Assembly (NCBI RefSeq): GCF_035704835.1
Contig: NZ_DASSWQ010000014.1
Location: 5,613-69,612 of the forward strand
Reading direction: 5' to 3'
DNA: 64,000 nucleotides
DNA from: Marivirga sp.
GTDB lineage: Bacteria > Bacteroidota > Bacteroidia > Cytophagales > Cyclobacteriaceae
In this document: positions 40,538 through 53,500 of the stretch, piece after piece
How positions within the stretch are numbered: the first letter of the stretch is position 1
How the letters are laid out: each line of letters starts with the position of its first letter
Made by a program: the position numbers and the translations under genes
Notes under the pieces: generated by a model
What the model was told of the DNA's origin: nothing
Databases searched by the model: none
What the model saw: only the letters and a program-made list of their open reading frames with translations

Positions 40538-41365
40538 TTACACAATATCGGCCATTACTTTCTCTACTCTTTTGAAATAAAGAAGTCCTGTAATGAATAG
40601 AATAATGACAATGCTAAATGAAAAATAAGCAAAAATACTTGGTGGGTCTCCACCCAAAAGGCTCCATCTAAAGCCTTCCACTACTCCTGCCATTGGATTA
40701 GCATAATATATAAATGAGCCCCACTCAGGTAATCTATTGATGACATCCTTGGCTTGATAACCAACGGGAGTAGCATAAAGACCGAACTGAACTAAGAATG
40801 GTACCACATGCTGAAAATCTCGATAACGAATAGTCAAGGCACTCAACCAAATTCCTACTGCCAAAGCTGAAATAATAGTCAGAATGATAAATATGGGAAG
40901 ATAAATAATATTAGCTGACGGAATAAATCCGTAATAAACCATCAATATCACAACAAACAACATGGCTATACCGAAGTCTACAAATCCTACTAATGCCTTT
41001 GATAAAGGAATAACTAATCTGGGAAAATAGATTTTTTTTACCATCTCCTGTGCTCCAATAATAGAATTACCGGATTGATTTAACACAAAAGAAAAATAAG
41101 ACCAAGAGGCCATTCCGCAGACTGCAAAAAGCGGATAAGGAATACCATCTGTTCCTACTTCTGCTACTGCTCCAAAAACTACGGTGAAAATAATGAGAGT
41201 GGCCAAAGGTTGAATGAAAGCCCAGAGTAAGCCTAAAAACGTTTGCGCATAGCGTACACGTAAATCTCTATAAGCCAAAATATAGAACAAATCCTTATAG
41301 GCCCACAACTCCTTAAAATTAATGTGCCATTTAGGTTTGGAAGCGTCTACTACTAGTTTTTCCAT
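40538..41365 (-). CDS. ABC-2 (Wzm-type) polysaccharide transport permease
   Basis: RDLRVRYAQT.LG..WA, KIYFPRLVIP, RYRD, YATPV.Y, NPMAG.VEGFR. ATG at 41365. Confidence 0.9.
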   Translation of the reverse strand: MEKLVVDASKPKWHINFKELWAYKDLFYILAYRDLRVRYAQTFLGLLWAFIQPLATLIIFTVVFGAVAEVGTDGIPYPLFAVCGMASWSYFSFVLNQSGNSIIGAQEMVKKIYFPRLVIPLSKALVGFVDFGIAMLFVVILMVYYGFIPSANIIYLPIFIILTIISALAVGIWLSALTIRYRDFQHVVPFLVQFGLYATPVGYQAKDVINRLPEWGSFIYYANPMAGVVEGFRWSLLGGDPPSIFAYFSFSIVIILFITGLLYFKRVEKVMADIV

Positions 41366-41442
41366 AATCAATTCTTAATCTATATTCAGCTTCAAAAGAT
41401 GATTTAAACTCTTTTATGCGGAAGTTTTCATAATATCCAGGA

Positions 41443-41450
41443 CAAATATA
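41443..41450 (-). promoter_or_regulatory. -7 promoter box for the Wzm-like gene
   Basis: TATATTTG on the minus strand, between the giant-gene terminator and the wzm-like start. Confidence 0.5.
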
Positions 41451-41520
41451 ATAGGATTTGTTCAGTAAATATTTTTCTTAAACCACTATGTCTACTATGA
41501 AAAAGAATTCATACACAAAT

Positions 41521-41567
41521 AAAAAATGAGGATTAGGAATTTGAAAATTCAAACAACTAATCCTCAT
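41521..41567 (-). terminator. Terminator closing the STAND/T9SS operon
   Basis: 11-bp stem ATGAGGATTAG/CTAATCCTCAT with U6 on the minus strand, 30 nt after the stop. Confidence 0.7.
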
Positions 41568-41596
41568 CTATCAAATTTTAGAAATTTACAATTGCA

Positions 41597-44500
41597 TTAA
41601 TCAGAGACAACAAATTTCATGGTGCGATTTTCTCCATTTTCCCCAAAGATAATCAGATTATAAAGTCCAGTTTTTAGATCTCTGGTATCAATTTCATGTT
41701 CCGCTTCTCCCACTAATAAATCAAAGCTATGAATCTCTTTTCCGGTAACATCTATCACTTTTGCTTTTAATCTTTCTCCTAAAATAGCTCCATAACTAAT
41801 TTTAAGATAATCATAAGCAGGGTTAGGATAAAGCTGTATGTTTAGGTTATCTAGCCTATGCGTATTAGAAGTTACAGTTGGAAGCGTTAACAAAGGAACC
41901 TCTACTTCATAAGCTGATTGAATAATAGTGCCATTTTCCATATCCTGCAAGAATGCCACTATGGTGATTGCTTCTTCATCCTCTTCTTTCTGAGCAATAA
42001 AAGTGGTAGATAAAGTACCTTCGCCAGCGCTCGTTTCTAATGCGGAACCTTCATTGGTCGGTAACAAGGTTCTTAAAACATTATAATATGATGACATTTG
42101 CCCTTCTATATTCACTTCATTATGCAGTACCGCGACAAATAAACGAGTGGTTTCAGGCAGTTCTTCCAGTATATCGTAATCCACATCTATTGTTAATTCA
42201 TTTTCACTCGCAGAATTAACCGAAATGTCAAGGTTTGCACTGCTTGACCTTAATCTGGCACGACTTACCGCATTTCTTCCCGTATTATTTTCACTAAAAC
42301 TAAACTCACTATTTAGCACTCCATCAATGGCAAATTGATTATTTGCAGTATAGGCGTCATAAAAATATAAACGAGACAGCATGCTTGATGAATTGCGTTG
42401 GTATAAAGCATCATCTTCATTTATTCGATAGTTTATCCAGGCAAAGTTCCCAAAGGTTTCGAAAGTTTGTTTGATAGAATTCATCTCCACTGTATCATGT
42501 GGAGAGTTATCATCACCGAAATATTCTACCAACACATTTCTATTGAGGCTTTCAATCACAAAATTGTCAAAAGCAGCCCCATCCGGATTATTAAAATTAT
42601 CACCTCCATCACTAGCCCTAGACTTAAACTGGAACCTAAAAATAACATTCTCTCTTTGGTCAATAGGGATTTCCTCTAAGGCATGTTTGGCATTTACTGG
42701 TTCTATACTTTCAGAATCATTTAATAGAGACCACCCGTTTGCGCTAGAATTGTTACTTATAATATCCCCATTATTATCAATAAAAGTAGTTCCTGGTCGA
42801 GATTCAATATCTTCCAAATTATACCATTCCAAACCAGATGAAATGGCCCCTGACACATCTCCTAAAACTACCCAACGCTTTTCAGAATCTTCAATTCTTT
42901 TCCCATCAGTAGAATATTCCAAAATCAAGCCATCATTACCTGCAGCTATATCGAGCCATAAATCGAAACTCACCACTGGGCGTTCAATAGTCCTGATATC
43001 CATGGCTGGCGAATAAACATAAGACTCAATATTGGATTCATAAGAACCTGAAGCATTGGTAATCCATACCTCATCGCTAGATTCAAAAGTGGAAGTATCT
43101 CTAGGAACAGAAAAATCCCATAGCCTTACCGAATCGGTGTCATTTCGAGCAAACCCATCGCTCACCCAGCCTTCGCTTGAACCATCGAAACTATAAACAT
43201 ATCGGTTCGCAAGATTTGCTTCTGGTAAAATGACAATTTTCTCACTTACATTTGCTAAACAGCCATTTCTGGTTAAAATACTAAATTCAACCTCATATCG
43301 TCCAGCACCATAATTATTGAAATCTACTGCAACAGTAGTGTCATTTTCCACTGTAAAAGCTTCTGGCCCTAATTCAGTGTTATCACTTATTCTGGTGATA
43401 GTCCATTCAGTAGACTTTAATGCGGTTTGATTAGGATTGCCAGTAAAAATGATATCTTCATTACCAAAAGTAGATTTATTCCATCTAAAATCAGGATTAA
43501 TGATTCTTCTGTAAGTTACAACGGTTGGTGAGCTGACACAAGATGGGTAATCTTCCCCACTGCTGTTTTCATTCAATCGAAATACATAGAACCTTCTGGT
43601 ATTGCTATTAACAAATAAATCCTCACCTGGCGAAAAAGTAGTGCCTCTGCCGAGAATTGCATCTTGCTCTGTTGTAAAAACATCATTAGCTAGCCAAATT
43701 AATTCTTCATTTTCATTGCTACCATTATATCCTATAACCTCAGCATCCTCAACTTCTCCATCTTCAATCACACAAATATCTGAAGATTTTAAAGTTGGTG
43801 CATCAGGCTGTTTCCACACCACAAAATCATAAACCTTAGAATTAGTACATCCATTTTGATTGGTATAGGTATATTCTATTTCAATTTTGATTGAATCTTT
43901 ATTTTCATTAGCAAGATAATCTTGTAAAAGTGTTTGGTTAAATACAAACCCTTCGACATTATCACCTATTAAAAGACTATCAGGTAACCCTACTTCTGAA
44001 TTTAAAAGCTCAAAATTGAAAATATTAGTATTGGTACCAGAAACTATTGGCTCAAGTTCTAAAGGTTCATCAAAGGAACATAAACTAAATTCAAAACCCT
44101 CGTCTTCAAAATTTTCAAACCCTTCAATTTCCAGTTCTGGCAAAGGGTTTACCCTCACGGTTTGGTCTGCTACATTTTCCTGTACATTTTCAGGATTGCT
44201 TAAATCTACCGTAGAATATGAAATAGAAATTAAGCTAGGGTTTTCTGCATCTTGATTTTCCGCATAAGCAGTCGCAGGATTAAAAATTGCTGTTAAAGCC
44301 CGAATAGAATCCCCATCGACCACATCAATAATATATTCCAAATTTGAAATACCCGGACCATTAATATCTGTTACTTCAAAACCCTCAATAATGGCATCGT
44401 CCACTCTAATCTGAATGGAATCGTTCAATTGACAATATTGCACTTGATCCAAATCAGGGAAAATTCTTTCCGCATTGAATACATTAAATGATATAGATGT

Positions 44501-47500
44501 ATCTGCAACACACCCAAATTGATTGGTGTACCTAAAGAATATTTCATGGACATCATTCGGATCAGCAAGAACGGTTAAAGCTAATTGTCTGCTATCCAAA
44601 TAATAAGAACTATCACTATTTTGAACTACACCAGGACCAAAAAATTCAAAATTCTCTTGTCCTAAAATAGTTGAATTATCTTTTAGATTTGTCGTATCAG
44701 GACCACCTAATCCTCTAAGTAGAATCGGGTCTGCAGTATTAGATATAGTAGTAGATTCTTCGTAATCAATAATCGCAATGGGTTTTGGTTTTAGTGAAAT
44801 AAAGAAAGTATCTGGTTCGCTTACACAGCCACTGGATGCATCAATTTCTTCCACTACCAATATTTCGGTGGTTTCTGTTTCTACCTCCCTGAAGTTGATG
44901 AACACTAAGTTTCGGTTATCAACTTCGCCCTCAAATTTATTGCCATCGTCAGCATCCGTAGCATCCTCACCGACAAAATACCAATTAAAAGTATTGTTCG
45001 CATCATTCGGAATCATTCTATATCTAACTTCTTGCTCGCCTGAACAAACAATTTCAGAGAAATCAGATCTAGAGAGGACAGGAATATCGTTTATATTTAG
45101 AGTAACTGGCCTTGGTGCTGGTATATCCCCACAACCAACTCCATCAAAGAGTACTACTGGCTGAATAGTCAAGTTTGCCCGTCCACTATCAATTTCCTGG
45201 GGACTTGCTTTGTAGATCGGATTAAGCACATTTGAAGTCAAGGAATACTCCGTTTGATTTTCGTCATCTTTAAAACCCCAAGTACCGTCATAATTTGCCA
45301 GCTCGTTGGCCGTGTTATCAATTCTTTCCCATAAAACGGTAAGGCTATCAGATTCAATTCCGCCTGATACTGTACTATTCAATTGTGTTACAGCAAGTTC
45401 ATTTCCATTCTCGTCTGTATCTATACAAATCGAGACATTACTACTTGTATTCACCGTTAAGCTTTCTGAAAATCTGATAATAACTAAATCGCTTGGACCA
45501 TCACATGGATTCAATCCTCCTGGTTCATCTGAGGTTAATTTCAGCTGAATTTCACCACTTACCCCGTCTGCAAAGCTCGCGTAATATTTTACAGTGTCTG
45601 GTCTATCTGTTTGAACTGACTTTAAGTTGAAGTCAGGAGAAAAACCACCGCCATTCGTGCTTGGCCCTTGATCTATGGTCCAGGTCCCCTGTTCCACATC
45701 ACCTATAATAGAAGGACGGTTCGATACTAGATTTTCGTCTTCGAAATCTACAATATTAGTATTGGCACCACAGAGTTCTATCACTCCTATTTCATCCTCA
45801 TTCTCGGCAAATCCACCTGCATCCACTTTAGATCGAATGAATTTTGTAATTTCTAAATCTGTACCCAGATTGGCACTAGGAACTGTACAAATGTTTAACT
45901 CTTCATCTTCTAATGAAACGATAGTGATAGTGTTTTCACCATCATCAGGAGGAGTAACAAAAAATGTTGTACCGCTTACGTAGCCGGGTCGTATAACAGG
46001 GTCGTCAGAACCCACCTTATATTCCAATGTATAAACACCTGAACCTCCCACTACATTAACTGAAATTTCTACTTGATTTACATTTCCTAAGTCATCAAAG
46101 TCGCAAATACTACTTGAAGCCTGCTCCAATACCAATTGAGCACTGCTAGGCCCTACACTTATCTCCTCATCAGAGGTAGTACTCGCATCTGCTGTATTTC
46201 CCTTTTGCCCGCTTTGCTTGTCCAATGTAATCCGACCGGGAATTGTTCCTTCAGGTACGTCAAATGTGATGGTTTCATCATCTACGATTACAAAATCAGC
46301 TGTATTAAGGACAGTTCCTTCAGCACCATCAATATTGGTACGGATTCTTGTAACTCCAGTAAAATATTGCCCCTTTATAATAAATTGCCCCCCTACACAG
46401 GCACCGTCAATAGGGAAATCATCAATTCTTGGTGGGCCGAAAGTGGTGAATGACCAAATATTATCAGCATTAAATCCAGCAAATGGATTACCTGCCCTAT
46501 CTACCAGAGCTCCAGGATCAATTTGAATATAATATTCAGTAGAATCTTGCAATAGATTTTCAAATGAATCGAAGTCTAAAATATTGCTTGTATTGTTAGT
46601 AAAAGCTGTTCCACCATCCAATACAACCAGAACACTGGAGGTTTTCTTGTCTATAATGGTGATATTATTTGTTCCTTGGCCCGAAACTGGCTCATTCATT
46701 TCAATTTTGAAAGTCAAAGAATGAGAAACATTGAATTCACCATTGAATGGGGTAAATGGATCATTTGCTAATTCAGGATCTTCAGTATCAATTGTAATTT
46801 CTGTATTTCCATTTAAGGAATTAGCACTTCCTACAGCTGGTAAACCCAAGCTAGCAGAAATCCCAGCTAAATCTTCTATGGCTCCACTATTAAGATCAAT
46901 ACTGTTTATATCTACATATTCAAGCTCCGCTACATCCACTATGGTGGTGCCATTAGAGGCTTCTACAGTATAATTAAAAGTTAGGATTGTTGAATTAGAA
47001 CCACTTACATATTCAGCATTAGAACCAGTATTTAAAGAAAGTAATGGAGTTCCTGTAACTACAACTGGTTCATCAAATTCAATTGTAATGTCAATTTGAT
47101 CTCCTGCTGTAAAGAATCCTTGGTCTGGAACGGCTGTAACATTTAAAACATCTGCCGGATCGGAATCCACTTGAATATCAGCGTTATCTTGTAATCTATC
47201 CGGATCAGATGGAAGAATTATCTCTGCATCATTGCTTACTAAATCCCGGATATTACCACCATTCATATTGAATGCTGTAACATCTAAGTCTAGTGTGTTT
47301 TCACCTGAATTAACACCACCAACAGTGTAAACAAAATTTACTTCATTTCCATTTGTTACGTTTTGGTAATTGGCTTGTCCACCTGAGTTTAAATTTAATG
47401 TTGGAGTTCCACCTACGGTTACATCTTCATCAAAAACTAATTGGATATTGATATTGTCACCCGGACTATATAAGCCATTGGAACTTGTAGATACAATCTC

Positions 47501-50500
47501 AGTAATTCTTGGCTTTTGAGTATCAATTGTGAAAGTTTCAGAAGTATTAGTAATGGATGTATTTCCTACCACATCTGTTGCTCCTGAAACTTCGATCGTT
47601 ACATTCTGAACTTCCTCCTCAGTTAAATTATGGGTATAAGTAGCAATAAAAACTGTAGCTGAATTCCAATTAGCAGCATCCAAAATTAAATCATCTGACC
47701 CTTGCACATTCAAACTTGGAGTTGTGACTTGATCCATATCCTCATTATAAGTTGCAGTAAGAACCAATTGATTATTCGCACGAGTAATTTCAGTATTATC
47801 TAAATCAATTGTTACAGTTGGTGAGGTAGTATCAATTTCAATATCCGTATTATCGCTTAAAGAGCCCGCCCCAGCAGTTGCAGGAAGCACCAAATTAGCA
47901 TTAACACTTGCTAAATCAACTATAGAACCTCCATTCAATTCCAGGCTGTTGATATTGGCATATTCCAAATCCAAAACATCCACAATACTTCCACCTGCAG
48001 AAGCCACAGTATAAGTAAAAGTCAATTCAGTAGAATTTGATCCTGAGCTGTAATTAGCATAGGAACCAGTATTTAAAAGTAAGCGTGGAGTTCCACCCGT
48101 TTCGTCCACTACCACAGTCTCATTAAAAGTGACTATAATATCAATTACATCTCCTGCCTTAAATATGCCTGATGTTGGATTAGCTGTCACATTTGTCACA
48201 TCTGCTGGATCTGTATCGATAATAATGTTAGCATTATCTCCTAAGTTATTACCCCCAGGTAAATTCAATATGGATGGGTTTGCTTGTAAATCTAATACTA
48301 CATTTTCTGAAGGTGAGAAAGAGTTTACAGTTAAATCACCAGTATTTTCTCCAGAATTAACCGATCCAACTGTATAGGAGAAATTCATTTCATTTCCATT
48401 CGTGATATCCACATAAGTTGCAACTCCTGTTGAATTGAGATTTAAAGTAGGATTAGCACCAATTTTCTGTACATCTTCATCAAAAACAACTTTTATATCA
48501 ATGATATCTCCAGGACCATAAATTCCTGATGAAGTTGAAGTGATTACAGTTATACGCGGCTTTTGAGTATCAATATCAAATGAGGCAGAAGTATTGGTAG
48601 TTGCAATATTGCCCACTTCATCCGTTGCACCGGTAATTTCTATCGTAATATTAGATATTTCTTCTTCAGTTTGATCATGGGTAAAAGTTTCAACATAAGT
48701 TCGGTTATCTGACCAATTCCCCACATTATCTTTATCTAAGTTATTTGGCAGGTTAAAAGAATAGGCAGGATCTGAACTCATATCCATATCCTCATCATAC
48801 ACAGTTGTAACTGTTAAGACCAGATCATTCAAATCAACCATTGAAATATCTAAATCAATGGTGAACTCAGGACTTCTAGTATCAATCTCAATGTTTTTAT
48901 TGTCGCCTAAAGAATTACTGCTACCAATAGTTGGTAGTGTTTGATCAACTGGTACTGAAGCCGGATCGATGATACTTCCCCCGTTTAATTCTAGGCTGTT
49001 TATATCATTATATTCCAAGTCTGTAACATCGAATAACGTAACTCCATCTGAATCTTGCACCGTGTAATTGAAAATTAATTCTGTAGAATTTGAACCGCTT
49101 GTATATTCTGCATAATCCCCAGTGTTTAAAGCAATCCGTGGGGTATTAGTAACAGTAACTACCTCATCAAAAGTCACAACTATTTCAATATTGTCTCCTG
49201 CCTTATATTTGCCATCAACATTAGTAGAAGTAACATTTGTAATTACTGCTGGGCGAGTATCAATTACGATAGCCGCATTATCGCTTAATTGATTAGGTAC
49301 AACAGGCAAAGTCAATACCGATGGGTTGTCAACCAAATCCAATACTTCATTTTCCGATGTAGAAATAGAAGTAACATTTAAATCTAAGGTGTTTTCTCCT
49401 GAATTAACTGCTCCTATTGTATAGATGAAATTAAGTTCATTTCCGTTGGTAATATTATCAAAAGCAGCAGTAGCACCAGTATTTAAAGTTAAAGTGGGAG
49501 TCGTTCCTGTTTGTTGAATATCCTCATCAAAAACAACTTTTATATTTATTTGCTCACCTGGACCATAAGTACCGTCTGCAGTAGATGAAACTATTTCAGT
49601 AATTCTTGGACTTTGTGTGTCAATATTGAAAGTTTCCGAATCAGCAGTAACTGTGGTATTTCCAACCGAATCTGTAGCTCCAGTAATTTCAATAGTCACA
49701 TTATCAAATTCTTCCTCTACTGTTAAATCATGTTCAAATTCAGCTCGATATGTTTGATTGTTAGTCCAACCTCCTGATTGAAAACTAATATTACTACCAT
49801 TACTAAACGAAAAGCCAGGAGCGCTAAGTTGATCCATTACTTCATTGTAATTAATTATCAATGTGAATGTAGGGTTCACTTGGCTAACCGTATTAGGCGT
49901 TATGCTTGTGCTAGCGATTTCAGGACTTTGGGTATCAATATCAAAAGGACCGGAAGTATTGGTAACAGCCGTATTTCCAACTTCATCAGTGGCACCACTA
50001 ATTTCAATGGTAATTCCCGTTAATTCTTCCTCTGTTCCATTATGGGTAAAGGTTTCCACATAAGTTGTGTTATTCGTCCATGCCCCTACGTTATCTTGAA
50101 TTAAATTAGTTCCTTGACTTATTGCGTATGAAGGATCGGTAGTCATATCCATAGCCTCATCATAATTAGTCGTAACTGTTAAAGTTAGGTCATTAAGATC
50201 AACCATAACAATATCTAAATCAATGGTAAACTCTGGATCTCTAGTATCTATTTCAATGTCGGTATTATCACTTAATGAAGTGCCACTGCCAATAGTTGGC
50301 AATGTTTGATCCACAGGAACAGAAGCTGGATCAATAATACTTCCTCCATTCAGCTCTAGACTATTTACATCTTCATATTCTAAGTCCACAACATCAAATA
50401 AAGTAATGCCATCTGAATTTTGGACTGTATAATTGAAGGTTAATTCATTAGTACCAGAACCACCTGTATAATTCGCATAATCACCAGTATTTAAAGCAAT

Positions 50501-53500
50501 GCGAGGAGTATTCGTAACGGTAACGATCTCATCGAAAGTAACCACTATTTCTATGCTCTCACCTGCCTTATATTTAGGTTCTAAACTGGTGGAAGTCACA
50601 TTGGTAATTTCAGCTGGGCGGGTGTCAATTATGATTGCTGCATTATCGCTTAATTTATTAGGCGCAGCAGGCAATGTCAATACCGATGGGTTGTTTATCA
50701 AATCCAATACTTCATTTTCTGAAGTGGAAATTGAGGTAACATCTAAATCCAGTGTATTTTCACCAGAATTAGCAGCTCCAATTGTATAAATAAAATTAAG
50801 TTGATCTTGATTTACACCAGTAATATTATCGAATACAGCAGTTGCCCCTGTATTTAGAGTTAATGTTGGTGCAGTTCCTGTTTGTTGAATAGCTTCGTCA
50901 AAAACCACTCGAATATTGATTTGCTCGCCAGGACCGTACGTACCATCTGCAGTAGTCGTCACTATTTCGGTTATTCTTGGGTGTTGAGTATCAATATTAA
51001 ATGTTTCTGAATCAGCCGTAACGGTAGTATTTCCCACTGAATCAGTGGCGTCAGAGATTTCTATGGTTACATTAGCAACTTCTTCCTCTACAGTCAAATC
51101 ATGTTCAAATTCAGCTCTATAGGTTTGATTATCAGACCAGCCACCTGATTGCAATATAATATTAGCATCACTAGGTAGGAAGCTTGGAGTACTTGTTTGA
51201 TCCATTACTTCATTGTAATTAACTATCAATGTTAATGTAGGATTCACTCGACTAACCGTATTAGGCGTTATGCTTGTGCTAGTTATTTCAGGACTTTGGG
51301 TATCAATTTCTATTTCCTTGCGAGTCGATAACTCATCTGCAGCATCAGCTGGTAGTGTTAAAATTGCATCATTTAAACCAGCATTTTTGATTGTTGCATC
51401 TTCTAACCTAAATCCAGTTACATCCAATAAGGCTGCATTTTCAGTTGCTAAAACGGTGTAATTAAATGTCAGTATATTATTGGCTGCATTATCAAATACA
51501 GCTATACCATTTGAATTCAAATCTAATTCTGGTGAGCCTAATGCATCATCAACGGTAAGATTTTGATCAAAATGAACTTCAATGGTAATGACATCATTAG
51601 CCTTATAAATTCCAGTAGTATTAGTAGCTGTAATGAAATCTATTCTTGCTCTGGTGGTATTAATGGTGAAAGGATCTGTCTCGGCTATATCCATAATATT
51701 ACCTGCCACATCCTCAGCATCTTCAATAATAATTTTATCAGTGATATTTTCTTCAACTCCTAAGTCATGCGTAAATGTGACGGTGTAAACTGTATTACCT
51801 AAACTCCAGACTCCATCTCCATTTTCAATTAGGTTAATTGAATTATCGGGAGTAAAACTAGGATCAATCGCACCATTCATTTCCTTATTGAATGTAACTG
51901 TTAATTCAATGGTATCATCAGTTCTATTTACTAAGGCAAGATCTAAATTAATATTGTCTGCGATAGGGTTCTCAGTATCAATTGAGAATAAATCAGCTTC
52001 ATTAACAGCATCTAATGAATTGCCATATTTATCAAAAGCATTGGAAATTGAAATATCAATATTCTCCATTAGTTCATCTTGATCTGCTAAATCAAAATAG
52101 AAAGAATAAAAAGTACTATCAGCAGACCATCCACTATTGCCATTTGGGCCTGATAAGCTATTTGTAAATAATGGATCTTCACCAACTGTAGGGAAATCAA
52201 TATCAGGAATGATTGCATCATCCATTTTCTCATTAAAAGTGACCTTAATTTCAAGCGCATCATTTCCTACATCTGCTCCAGATAATAAAGTAGGGATAGC
52301 TGTTATTTGATCAATTTCAGGTTTGGTAACATCTTCAAAATCATATTGCCTAGAAAAAGAAGATGCATTTTTATTAGCTGAGTTGGTAAAGACAATGTCA
52401 CTTATATCCAATTGAAAAGTTACAGGTGCTAAATCGATATTTACATTATCATCTACATCCAAAATCAAGAAATAATTTTTGGAATCAGAACTAAAGTCTT
52501 CAGTTAAACCTGAAAAAGTAATGGTGGTTCCTCCAGTTATATTAAGTGTACTGGTAATTGATGATTCATCACCATCATAAATATTATCAGGAGAAGCAAC
52601 TAAGCGTAAGTTATCTACTAATCCAGTTATGTCTTCATCGGTTGTGAATACAATTTCGTTTACTTGAGAAGTACCTAAAGCTGCAATTTCAAATCCTAAA
52701 ACTGCTTGATCGGTAGAACTACTTTGTAGTGTCCCCGCATTTAATCCAGCAGTTAGTTCTGTTAAACCTACTGTTGGATTTACTGTAACTGAAGTTGAAG
52801 ACAAATTAAAAAGATTAGCTCCATCCGTTATGGTTAAGGTTCCATCACCACTGCCCTGGTAATTAAAAGTTGCAGGGAACTCAAATTCACCATTAGTGAA
52901 ACTTGGAGGCGAGGGTAGGTTATCCATCGTAATAGCACCTGCATTCGTAATGGCAAAAGTGCCATAATCTAAATCTAAATTTCCATTGGCATCTTTAGCC
53001 TCCACTACTGCTTGAGGGGAAACATTTTCACCAGCGTTAACTGTTCCTGGGGGATCTGTTGTAAATTCAAATGCTGTTGCTAAAACTTCAATTTCGTTAT
53101 CGGTTTCAGATGTAGTGATTGTAGGTACAGGAGCAAATTCACTACCTGAACGAATTGTTATATTAGCTGGATCTAATTCAAACACAAGGTTTTTCAAGTC
53201 TATCTCTTCTGAAATGGTCTTTTTCAGTCTGATTTGCAATTCGAGATTAATTGATCCTCCATCCGCAAGAAAACCAAAATGAGTTGAAATATTATTATCG
53301 CTATTCCCAATGGTAACTTCTATTTGATTGGATCCAACACTAATGGTTGCAGGGAATTCCGTACTATTATTGGTATTGATTACTTTTGCATCTGCTAATA
53401 TATCATTCCATGAAGCAAAGTCATTGCCAGTACCAGCTGTAAAAGTAAAGCCTGAAATTTTCGTATCTGCGCCATCATCACCCACATCATTCATATCAAA

